A stretch of DNA of 32,000 bases from Candidatus Methylomirabilis limnetica (GCF_003044035.1 NZ_NVQC01000015.1:60001-92000); one strand, 5' to 3'. Positions 7,857 to 15,868 are shown, counted from the first letter of the stretch. Notes: generated from the letters alone by a model not told the origin. Numbers and translations: made by a program.

Positions 7857-9422
7857 CTATTTGGCGTACTCCACCGCCCGCGTTTCGCGGATGACGGTCA
7901 CCTTGATATGACCAGGGTATTGTAGCTCCTCTTCGATTCGCTTCGCGATATCCCGCGCAAGCTGATACGCCTGCACGTCCGACACCTCACCGCTCTCAAC
8001 AATGATGCGTACCTCGCGCCCGGCCTGGATGGCGTATGTCTTGCTCACGCCCGCGAAGGAGTTCGCGATTCTCTCCAACCCCTCGAGCCGCTTCACGTAA
8101 CTTTCCAGCAGCTCACGTCTGGCCCCTGGCCTGGCCGCTGAGAGCGTGTCAGCGATCTGGAGCACCACGGCCTCCAGGCAGGTGATCTCCACGTCCTCAT
8201 GATGGGCGGCGATCGCGTTCACCACCTTCGGTCGCTCACCATACTTCTTAGCCAGCTCGGCCGAAATGGAGACGTGAGTCCCTTCCATGGCGACGTCGGC
8301 TGACTTCCCGATATCGTGGAGCAAACCTGCCCGCTTGGCCACCTTGACGTCGAGTCCCAACTCAGCCGCTATCACGCCGGCGAGCTGTGTCACCTCATTG
8401 GTGTGTATGAGCTGGTTCTGCGAATAGCTGGTCCGGTACTTAAGCCGCCCAACCAGGCGCATGAGCTCGGGGTGGATACCGCTGATCCCTAGCTCTAAGG
8501 CTGTTCGTTCACCGGTCTTCTTGATGTCCTCATCGATCTCTCCCTTTACCTTCTCCACTACTTCTTCGATGCGCGCCGGATGGATCCGCCCATCGGTGAT
8601 GAGGCGTTGTAGCGCCTCCTTGGCGATGGCCCGCCGGATCGGATCGAAGCCGGAAAGGATCACCGCTTCGGGGGTGTCGTCCACGATCACATCAATCCCT
8701 GTTGCTCGCTCGAAGGCTCGGATGTTGCGCCCCTCCCGACCAATGATCCGCCCTTTCATCTCCTCGCTCGGCAGATCCACCACGGAGACCGTTGATTCCA
8801 TCACGAACTCCTGGGAGCACTTATCAACGGCAATAGCCAGAATCTCTTTGGCCTTCTCCCCTGCTGTCGCCCTCGTCTCATCCTCAATCCGTTTGAACAA
8901 GGTCATCGACTCGATCCTGGCCTCCTGCTCCAGATTCTGGAGCAAGATCTTCTTGCCCTCTGCGGCTGTAAGGCCGGCAATACGCTCCAGTTGTCGCTGC
9001 GCATCCTCCATCAACTGGGCGCACTGTGTCTCCTTGACGGCGGCGGCCTGCTCCCTGTTGCCAAGCCCTGCTACCAGTGCATCCAGTTCGCGGTTGCGTC
9101 GATCCAACTGCTCTACACTTCGATCGAGGGCCTCTTCTTTCTGACCCAAATTGCGCTGCGCGATCTCGATCTCCTGGCGTCGGCTCTTGGTCTCACGCTC
9201 CAGATCTGCCTTCGCCTGAAGGGCGAGCTCCTTGGCCTCAAGCTCAATCTCCCGATGTTTGGTTTCTGCCTCTTTCTTCGCCTCCTGCAGGATACGTGCG
9301 GCAAGGGTTTCTGCCTCGGCCACTTTACTTTCGACCACCTGTTTTCTGAGCAGATATCCAACGACTACGCCTACGACCGCCACAATCAACGCGATCACTA
9401 GCTGATCAATTCCAATCGCCAA
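7857..9422 (-). CDS. rny: Ribonuclease Y
   Basis: 521 aa. N-terminal TM helix, long coiled coil, KH domain (IIGREGRNIRAFE), HD domain (LLHDIGK...AAHH). TTG start preceded by AAGGGGG. Confidence 0.95.
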   Translation of the reverse strand: MAIGIDQLVIALIVAVVGVVVGYLLRKQVVESKVAEAETLAARILQEAKKEAETKHREIELEAKELALQAKADLERETKSRRQEIEIAQRNLGQKEEALDRSVEQLDRRNRELDALVAGLGNREQAAAVKETQCAQLMEDAQRQLERIAGLTAAEGKKILLQNLEQEARIESMTLFKRIEDETRATAGEKAKEILAIAVDKCSQEFVMESTVSVVDLPSEEMKGRIIGREGRNIRAFERATGIDVIVDDTPEAVILSGFDPIRRAIAKEALQRLITDGRIHPARIEEVVEKVKGEIDEDIKKTGERTALELGISGIHPELMRLVGRLKYRTSYSQNQLIHTNEVTQLAGVIAAELGLDVKVAKRAGLLHDIGKSADVAMEGTHVSISAELAKKYGERPKVVNAIAAHHEDVEITCLEAVVLQIADTLSAARPGARRELLESYVKRLEGLERIANSFAGVSKTYAIQAGREVRIIVESGEVSDVQAYQLARDIAKRIEEELQYPGHIKVTVIRETRAVEYAK

Positions 9423-9518
9423 CGGAGGTACACCCCCTTCCTAACTAACTACCTATGCCAACGCCATTGAAGACATGGCCAGAAATGCAAGAGGATCACC
9501 AAGAGGGATATACGAAGA

Positions 9519-9531
9519 GGGCCTTCGGCCC
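9519..9531. other. Hairpin GGGCC-TTC-GGCCC, 95 nt upstream of the rny start
   Basis: 5-bp GC stem. Overlaps the downstream copy of TACGAAGAGGGCC (9511-9523). Confidence 0.3.
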
Positions 9532-9720
9532 GAGGCAGGAAGGATGCACAGGGTAACCGGCTCTGGCAATGGGCAGTGTGTGACACCGGAAGTGGAAAAG
9601 GAAGACCCCCCACCATTGTGCCGTTTGAGGGATGAGGTTTGAACCTGAATAATCAGGTGGTTGCCCGGGCAGCGCTTCAGGCTCTCCCCACACAAGGTGG
9701 GGCTATGCACACCACGCTAC

Positions 9721-9737
9721 GAAGAGGGCCCCTCTTT
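9721..9737. other. Hairpin GAAGAGG-GCC-CCTCTTT, 100 nt downstream of zapA
   Basis: 7-bp stem. A U-run follows only in the plus-strand reading. Overlaps the upstream copy of the 13-nt direct repeat TACGAAGAGGGCC (9718-9730). Confidence 0.3.
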
Positions 9738-9839
9738 TTCACTGTTGGTTCAAAACACGTGCCCTCATCACGAACACGGCAGGGGGTTTCGCTGACTTCA
9801 TGCGACGCATTACGATGCACCGCAGCCATCTTTCTCCAC

Positions 9840-10178
9840 CTATGCTCCACTACTCGCCTCGGACTCCTGATCACCGCCCTTGGAACCGCTTGCTCCATCT
9901 TCAAGGGCGGTTACCAACAGCCCTGATAGTGTACCCAGCTTCATCGCTACCAATCCCTCGGATCGTTCCCTCTCTGCTTCTGCTTTAAAGAGCTCATCCG
10001 CAATATGCAATGAGGCCAAGACGATCGCCTTGGTGGGTGAGAGCAACTGAGATCCCTTCGCAACCCCATCTAGTTTCGCGTCGACATACGCCGCAACCCT
10101 CTGGATGTACGCCGGATCTTCTGCGGCACGGATCGTGTACTGTTCTCCTCGGATCACGACACTGACTAGCTGCTCCAT
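9840..10178 (-). CDS. zapA: Cell division protein ZapA
   Basis: VVIRGEQYTIRAAEDPAYIQRVAAYVDAKL...AIVLASLHIADEL matches the ZapA fold pattern. The start is set at the ATG 10178 (MEQLVSV), 7 nt after the upstream stop. The track ORF extends to 10202. Confidence 0.85.
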   Translation of the reverse strand: MEQLVSVVIRGEQYTIRAAEDPAYIQRVAAYVDAKLDGVAKGSQLLSPTKAIVLASLHIADELFKAEAERERSEGLVAMKLGTLSGLLVTALEDGASGSKGGDQESEASSGA

Positions 10179-10185
10179 GCGACAC

Positions 10186-10473
10186 TCAAGCGACAGGCTC
10201 AATAGAGACCTCGATCCTCTCGATCTCCTCCAGCAAGCGATCTACCTTGAGCCGGACATCCTCACGTTCCTCCTGCATTCGAATGAGCTGTTCCTGATCC
10301 TTGCTTCGTGCGGCCTCTAGCGCACCCACCTGCTCCACCTGAGCCTTGATTACGGCCTGCAGCTCCTCCATCCGCTGCCCAAGACCTGCCTTCTCTTCCT
10401 TGAGCTTCGTCACAAGCGCAACCACCGTCATCACTCGACCTTCAAGATCTTCCAGCTTTTCGGCAAGCATCAT
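10186..10473 (-). CDS. ZapB-like coiled-coil protein
   Basis: 95 aa, essentially one heptad-repeat helix (LEDLEGRV...LKEEKAGL...LEEIERIE). Lies directly upstream of zapA. The assignment rests on composition and position only. Confidence 0.65.
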   Translation of the reverse strand: MMLAEKLEDLEGRVMTVVALVTKLKEEKAGLGQRMEELQAVIKAQVEQVGALEAARSKDQEQLIRMQEEREDVRLKVDRLLEEIERIEVSIEPVA

Positions 10474-10574
10474 ACGGCCCTAGTCTGAAGGGTATTCTAA
10501 CATGAGGTCTCCGCAGTTGCAGTCCTTACCCGATCGAGAGCCTACCAAAGTAATGCACCCTTGTAAAGCGAAAC

Positions 10575-13001
10575 TTATCCTCGCAACCGCGCTCCGGTTA
10601 GTCGCTGTAACTGCTGAATAATGCAGGCCTCGACCTGGGCCACTTCGGCATCGGTAAGGGTGTGATCCGGGGAGCGGAAGATCAGCCCGATGCCGCACGA
10701 TTTATGTTCCGGGGCCAGATCTTCCCCACGGAACAGATCGAAGAGCTCAACCCGGTGGAGCAGCGGTCTCCCGGCGTATCGGATGACCTCACAAAGCTCC
10801 GAGACCGGGACGCGCTCTGGAACGACGAGCGCCAGATCCCTTCGCATTGCGGGAAAGCGAGGCGGCGGGACGATCTGCAAGAACTCGCCCCCGATCACGC
10901 TCAGGAGCTGTTCCAGATCGAACTCAGCCAGGCAGACTGGGAATCGAACCTCAAAGTTGCGGGCCACCACCGGGTGGAGTTCTCCCATCACCCCAAGCCG
11001 TACATCCTTTGAGTACACGGCCGTCGTTCGCCCGGGATGAAACGGATGCTGATCCATGATCTGGACGAAGCGCGTCTCTCCGAGGTTCATGCGATCAAAC
11101 AACTCCTCCACAACGCCCTTCAAATCGTAAAAATCCAATTGAGCAGTCGCCCGGCTCCATTGCCTCTGCCATCTTATCCCCGCCATACCGATGACCAGCA
11201 TCTGCCGCTCCTCATGCAAGTCGGCCTGGCGCGGCAGATAGACCCGCCCGATCTCGAACAGACGAGGCCCAGCCTCGTCCTCGCGAATATTATTATTCAG
11301 ACACTCCAGGAAGCTGGGGAGTAGCGACGTCCGAAGGATCTCCTGGTCAGGGGTCATCGGGTTCGCCAGACGAAGCCCAGTCGGCGTTTCAGCATCTTTC
11401 CCCACAACCATCTTGCCCAGGAGCCGTCGGCCGATCAGCGAATACGTCATCACCTCTTGCAGACCGCAGCCAACGAGCATATCGCTGAGCCGTTCGATAA
11501 GGACACGCATCGGCTGAGGCGGATGATCGGGCAGGCGGCCTGCCAGCGTTGTGGTTGGAATCTGATCGTAGCCAACCATGCGCGCGACCTCTTCCACGAG
11601 ATCGGCGGGGATCTGAATGTCGCTTCTGTGCGCCGGCGCCCTTACCATGAGAGCGCTCCCATCTTCCCGGCAGTCAAACCCAAGTCGGCCGGCCAGTACG
11701 TCTCGAATGTGAGCTAACGTGAGATCAATGCCCAAGACGCGACGAAGCTCCACTGCGGTAAGCCTGAACTCAATCGCCTCTCGGGGAGCGGGGAACACAT
11801 CCTGCAGCCCGCGCGACGCCTTGCCCCCACAGATCTCCACGAGAAGCTTGGTCGCCCGTCTCAATGCCAAGGTGGTGATGGCCGGTGGTAGCCCCTTGTC
11901 GAAGCGGAACGACGCCTCGGTCCGAAGTCGCAGCGCACGGCAGCTCTGCCGGATCGAGCCGGAACTGAAGTTGGCCGACTCGATCAACACGCTCTTCGTC
12001 AGCTCGGTCACCTCTGTCTCTGAGCCGCCCATGATCCCGGCAAGCGCCACTGGACGCGTGGCATCGGCAATCACCAGCATCCCGGGCGTCAGAGTCCGCA
12101 GGGTGCCATCAAGCGTCCGAAGCGATTCTCCATCTGTCGCGCGCCGCACCGCGATCCGCCTGCCATGAATCGTATCGTAGTCAAAGGCATGCAGGGGCTG
12201 CCCGTACTCGAGCATGACATAGTTGGTAATATCCACGACGTTATTGATTGGGCGCACGCCGGCTGCCGTAAGGCGCCTCTGGACCCACGAGGGCGAGGGG
12301 CCAACCGTGATCCCATGAATGACGGATGCGCTGTATCGCGGGCAAAGGTCGGGCGCCAGGATCTCAACCTGCACGTCATCCCGGACGTCTGAACCTTCCT
12401 CTTGGTAGGTCAGATCAGGCAGGTGCAGTGGCTCCTCCATAATGGCGGCCACTTCGCGCGCAACCCCAAGCATCCCCAGACAATCTGGTCTATTCGGCGT
12501 GACCTCTAGGTCGAGAATGGTGTCCCCTAGCACCGCATTGAGCGACAGGCCAACCTCGGCCTCACTGGGAAGGATCAGAACTCCCTCGTGAGCCTCCGAC
12601 AGACCCAGCTCCTTCTCGGAGCATAGCACGCCTCGCGAGGTCACCCCCTGAATCTGGGCCACCTCTACCACGGTGGGTCGACCTGTCTGAGCGTCTATCA
12701 GGCCGGCCCCAACTGGCGCAAACGGCACCCTGTCACCGACGTTGAGATTCGTGGCCCCGCTCACAACCGTCATCCTCTCGCCAGACAGCCCTAAGCCTAC
12801 TAAGGTGAGAGAGCAAGCCGTTGGGTGTGGGTCAATAGATTCGATCTGCGCGACAATAATCCCAGGCCAACCGTTGCCGCGCTCTTCGATCCCGCCTACC
12901 TCGGTTCCTGCCATGGTCAACCGATGGGCCAGTTGCTTGGCCGGCACCGCGACATCGACGTATTCAGATAACCATTTGAGCGACACTTTCATCGGGCTCA
13001 T
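10575..13001 (-). CDS. pheT: Phenylalanine--tRNA ligase beta subunit
   Basis: 808 aa. N-terminus MKVSLKWLSEYVDV, OB tRNA-binding domain, B3/4 and B5 domains, C-terminal FDX-ACB domain. GAGGA lies 7 nt upstream of the ATG at 13001. Confidence 0.96.
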   Translation of the reverse strand: MSPMKVSLKWLSEYVDVAVPAKQLAHRLTMAGTEVGGIEERGNGWPGIIVAQIESIDPHPTACSLTLVGLGLSGERMTVVSGATNLNVGDRVPFAPVGAGLIDAQTGRPTVVEVAQIQGVTSRGVLCSEKELGLSEAHEGVLILPSEAEVGLSLNAVLGDTILDLEVTPNRPDCLGMLGVAREVAAIMEEPLHLPDLTYQEEGSDVRDDVQVEILAPDLCPRYSASVIHGITVGPSPSWVQRRLTAAGVRPINNVVDITNYVMLEYGQPLHAFDYDTIHGRRIAVRRATDGESLRTLDGTLRTLTPGMLVIADATRPVALAGIMGGSETEVTELTKSVLIESANFSSGSIRQSCRALRLRTEASFRFDKGLPPAITTLALRRATKLLVEICGGKASRGLQDVFPAPREAIEFRLTAVELRRVLGIDLTLAHIRDVLAGRLGFDCREDGSALMVRAPAHRSDIQIPADLVEEVARMVGYDQIPTTTLAGRLPDHPPQPMRVLIERLSDMLVGCGLQEVMTYSLIGRRLLGKMVVGKDAETPTGLRLANPMTPDQEILRTSLLPSFLECLNNNIREDEAGPRLFEIGRVYLPRQADLHEERQMLVIGMAGIRWQRQWSRATAQLDFYDLKGVVEELFDRMNLGETRFVQIMDQHPFHPGRTTAVYSKDVRLGVMGELHPVVARNFEVRFPVCLAEFDLEQLLSVIGGEFLQIVPPPRFPAMRRDLALVVPERVPVSELCEVIRYAGRPLLHRVELFDLFRGEDLAPEHKSCGIGLIFRSPDHTLTDAEVAQVEACIIQQLQRLTGARLRG

Positions 13002-13023
13002 CAGATTCCTCGTAAAAGAGCTG

Positions 13024-13058
13024 TCAGCAATCAGCGCTCAGCCGTCAGCTTCAGATAA
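13024..13058 (+). repeat. TCAGCNN heptanucleotide array, 5 units (copy 2)
   Basis: TCAGCAA TCAGCGC TCAGCCG TCAGCTT CAGATAA. See 2389-2416. Confidence 0.8.
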
Positions 13059-13068
13059 ACCCCCCTGA

Positions 13069-13147
13069 CCCCCCTTTTAAAAAGGGGGGATACGTATACG
13101 TGTTCCCTGCCTCCCCCTTTTGCAAAGGGGGATTGAGGGGGTTTTCG
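13069..13147. repeat. Pair of C-run/G-run hairpin modules
   Basis: CCCCCCTTTTAAAAAGGGGGG (13069-13089) and CCCCCTTTTGCAAAGGGGGATTGAGGGGGTTTT (13113-13147). The second module closely matches 28092-28126. Confidence 0.8.
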
Positions 13148-13219
13148 TGCGCTGTGGTGTGCCAGTAGCACATGGGCTGTTCCTCAGAAAATAGCCGTCA
13201 GTCTCGGACAAAACCAACC

Positions 13220-14245
13220 TTACGGTTGTACCCGTGTTTTGGCCTGCTCCATAGCGATCTGCTCAACATGTGACAAGGCCTTGGCGCCTGAAGCTCCCTC
13301 TATGGCCTTGATAGCTATGTCTTGAACCTGGCCTTTCGCCTCTTCCAGCCGCCTCTCGAGCGACTCGATATGCGTGGTCTGCCGTGATAGGTTCTCCTGG
13401 AGAGATCTTATCTGCAATTCGGCCAGACGGCGTTCAACTTCCGCATCCTTCGTGAGAAGCGCCACCTGTTGCCCATGGTTCCGCTCGGCTGACCTCACAG
13501 CCTCTGCGACGGCACGCTCCACCTCCCGCTGGAGTCGACCCTCAAACTCTTCGGCATCTTTCGACAATCGCGCAAATGCCGACTCCTTCTCTTTCAGATC
13601 GGCTTCGCGCAACTGCCAGCTCTTGTCCAGTGTCTCCTGTTTTTCGCGGTTCTTCTTCTCGATCAGCCGCATCCCCTCTTCGTAGTTGTCCTGAGCCTTC
13701 TTGCGCTCGAGCGTCTTCTTGTATTCGTATTCTTCAACCTCACGCTGGCGCTGCTTCTTGAGGGCATCCTCGTATTCCTTCTGTTCCCGTTCCCGTTGCC
13801 GATCCTGTTCATCCCAGGTAGCCCTCGCAGTGCCGATCTCGGCTTCCAGGGCCTCTTTCTGCTGCTGGTACTCCTTGACCAGTATATCCAAGGCCGTCGT
13901 CGCGACGTCGATCTTGTGTAGCCTTTCGATCTCCGCCTGCTCCAGCGTAATAGCCTCCCGAACCGACTGGAGCGTATTCACCTCACGCACCAGCTTGTCC
14001 GAAAGACCGGCGAGGAATCTGGAGATTTCGAGATTCAGATTCGTGACCCCCTGAACGACCCCTTCCACTGTGAGATCAGTAACAGCTTCGCGAACATCCA
14101 TCTCTTTCTGCTTCAGAATCGCCTCGGCCTTCGCGGTCGACGCCTCCTTGGCTGACGTCACCTCTTCAACGATCTCCTCGAACTCCCGTTTAATCTCGCC
14201 CTTTGGCTTTTTTGCCTTACTGGGTGTCGGTTTCGGCGTTGACAT
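13220..14245 (-). CDS. Coiled-coil protein of unknown function with basic Lys/Pro-rich N-terminal tail
   Basis: 341 aa from the ATG at 14245 (SD AGAGGGGG). The N-terminus is STPKPTPSKAKKPKGE, followed by about 300 aa of E/K/R/Q-rich heptad sequence. No enzymatic motif and no TM segment. The track ORF extends to 14272. Confidence 0.75.
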   Translation of the reverse strand: MSTPKPTPSKAKKPKGEIKREFEEIVEEVTSAKEASTAKAEAILKQKEMDVREAVTDLTVEGVVQGVTNLNLEISRFLAGLSDKLVREVNTLQSVREAITLEQAEIERLHKIDVATTALDILVKEYQQQKEALEAEIGTARATWDEQDRQREREQKEYEDALKKQRQREVEEYEYKKTLERKKAQDNYEEGMRLIEKKNREKQETLDKSWQLREADLKEKESAFARLSKDAEEFEGRLQREVERAVAEAVRSAERNHGQQVALLTKDAEVERRLAELQIRSLQENLSRQTTHIESLERRLEEAKGQVQDIAIKAIEGASGAKALSHVEQIAMEQAKTRVQP

Positions 14246-14321
14246 GTATACCCCCTCTACTCGATTTTGCAATGTCAGAGTCGTTTCGATCCCACATTCG
14301 GATCATCACGGCTACCGCCGG

Positions 14322-14350
14322 AGACTATGTCAACAGCCGGTAAATGTCAA
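14322..14350 (-). promoter_or_regulatory. Candidate promoter for the coiled-coil protein gene
   Basis: On the minus strand: TTGACA (14350-14345), a 17-nt spacer containing a second TTGACA, then TAGTCT (14327-14322), about 75 nt upstream of the ATG at 14245. Confidence 0.3.
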
Positions 14351-14638
14351 CCAACGAGGGGAGAGCCGTCTCCACGGCGCGGACTCCTCCTCCTGAGGCT
14401 GGGCGACACTCGCTTGACATGCAACTCACCTGGGAGTAGCGTAAGTAATAATAAGTATTATGTCACCCTTAAGGTTTAACTTGAATACCCCGTTTCCGCG
14501 ACCTGCATGTCTCAGACGTGATCGGGCAATGAGACCACTCTGCTTCTGCCATTTGTTATCGTTAGGTCGGGAGTATGATCGAAACGTATCGTCCGTCTGA
14601 TTAACCCTGGCGAGGAGAAAAGGTGTTGAAGATTGAAG

Positions 14639-14812
14639 GTAACTACTCAGGCAGACAGGCTGTAGTCTTTCAGACTATAGGAACGTGCACAGGCGAGCCC
14701 GGCGTTTTCTGAATGCGACGCGAACATATTGGAGTCCGAAAAGGTTCCGGGCGCTTTGATTCGGTCCATGCGCAACGGCTAACAGCCTTCAGCCTAAATA
14801 CCTTGTAGTTAC
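14639..14812. mobile_element. MITE-like 174-bp element, copy A (GTAACTACTCAGG...CCTTGTAGTTAC)
   Basis: Imperfect terminal inverted repeats. The left end matches 23049-23072 at 22/24 nt. Shares the core block TCCGAAAAGGT and a CCTTCAG-containing right end. Lies 30 nt downstream of the DUF151 stop. No transposase in the window. Confidence 0.45.
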
Positions 14813-14842
14813 GATCGAAGCTCAATAAAAGATAATCGCAAG

Positions 14843-15331
14843 TCACATCTTGTACTTACCGAAATCCTCCGGCTTAAGATTCTCAAGCCACTCTTTCCAT
14901 TTGTCCGTTTCTTCTTTCTCTTCTGAGACCTCGATGTTCTTGGCTTGCGCCACTACGTTCTCGGCGACGAAGATCGGGGCGTTCGTGCGGAGAGCTATTG
15001 CGATGGCATCGCTCGGCCTGGCATCGATGCTTACGACACGACCGTTGTAATTCAGGTCAATGGTTGCGTAGAACGTATTCTCTTTCAGGTCATTGACGGT
15101 AATCTGTTGAACAGTGATGCCCAGACCGTCCAGAATGTTTTTTAGAAGGTCATGGGTCATCGGTCGAGGTGTCGACACCTTCTCGAGCTCTAGCGCAATG
15201 GCATTCGCTTCAAAGATCCCTACCCATATTGGCAGGGCGCGACGATCCTCCGGATCCTTCAAGATCACAATCGGCATATTCGTGATCGGATCCAGGGCAA
15301 TGCCGCGTACTGTCATCTTAATAAGCATCAT
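14843..15331 (-). CDS. Bifunctional nuclease (BFN/DUF151) family protein
   Basis: PIVILKD...[40 protein letters not shown] are the DUF151 signature blocks. The SD GAGGAG overlaps the stop of the upstream HIT gene. Confidence 0.88.
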   Translation of the reverse strand: MMLIKMTVRGIALDPITNMPIVILKDPEDRRALPIWVGIFEANAIALELEKVSTPRPMTHDLLKNILDGLGITVQQITVNDLKENTFYATIDLNYNGRVVSIDARPSDAIAIALRTNAPIFVAENVVAQAKNIEVSEEKEETDKWKEWLENLKPEDFGKYKM

Positions 15332-15338
15332 GCTCTCC

Positions 15339-15827
15339 TCATTGCTGAGTCTCGCGGAAGACGGAGGCGAGTTTTCGATAGGTTGCAGTCAGCCCTTCCG
15401 GGATGACCTTCGTTGATGCCACGATGGGCATAAAATTGGTATCCCCATTCCAGCGCGGAACAATATGTAAGTGCAGATGATCTTCAACGGCGGCTCCTGC
15501 AGCCTTTCCCTGATTCATGCCAATGTTGAAACCGTCAGGATTCATGGTCTGGCGCAGAAGCGATGTACTTCTAGCGGCCTCTTGGATAAGGTCAAGCTGC
15601 TCTTCCGCAGACAGCTTTTTCAGGTCATCGAGATGCCGATATGGCGCAATCATGATATGTCCAGGATTATATGGATAAAGGTTCATCAGGATGAATACGG
15701 ACTTACCCCGATAAAGAACAAAGTTCTTTTCATCTTGCTGGGTTGATGGTATTTCGCAGAAAATGCAGTTTGAAGTGCAAGAGTTCTCCAGATAAACCAT
15801 TCTCCATGGCGCCCATAATGATTCCAT
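15339..15827 (-). CDS. HIT-family nucleotide hydrolase/transferase (Ap4A phosphorylase-like)
   Basis: N-terminus [25 protein letters not shown], histidine triad [10 protein letters not shown]. Confidence 0.9.
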   Translation of the reverse strand: MESLWAPWRMVYLENSCTSNCIFCEIPSTQQDEKNFVLYRGKSVFILMNLYPYNPGHIMIAPYRHLDDLKKLSAEEQLDLIQEAARSTSLLRQTMNPDGFNIGMNQGKAAGAAVEDHLHLHIVPRWNGDTNFMPIVASTKVIPEGLTATYRKLASVFRETQQ

Positions 15828-15868
15828 TGGAAATCAACCTGTCTACTGACGACTTTTGACCGCTCATC

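Noticed and set aside
8461-9144. 227-aa plus-strand ORF
   Set aside because: Antisense shadow of rny. The sequence is Ser/Arg-rich low complexity.
9453-9710. 85-aa minus-strand ORF in the zapA-rny spacer
   Set aside because: It has a GTG start without an SD and a Ser/Pro/Cys/Leu-rich composition with no recognisable fold. It spans the hairpin modules, so the region is better treated as non-coding RNA or leader.
9505-9740. Specific identification as 6S RNA (ssrS), from synteny with zapA
   Set aside because: I could not find 5'/3' closing-stem complementarity or a central-bubble architecture by hand. It is kept only as a generic ncRNA or leader hypothesis pending a covariance-model search.
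10494-10502. Extended -10-like TGTTAGAAT on the minus strand, 20 nt upstream of the zapB-like ATG
   Set aside because: It has no credible -35 box and would leave a leader of about 14 nt without an SD. That is too weak to call as a promoter.
14283-14293. tRNA T-loop-like GTTTCGATCCC
   Set aside because: The flanking sequence cannot form a T-stem, acceptor stem or anticodon arm on either strand. I found no tRNA anywhere in the window.
14623-14712. 29-codon GTG ORF with a strong SD (MLKIEGNYSGRQAVVFQTIGTCTGEPGVF)
   Set aside because: Most of it is a translation of MITE-like copy A and its heptads, and the related copy B has no equivalent ORF. It is mentioned only as a low-probability option in the 14246-14842 finding.
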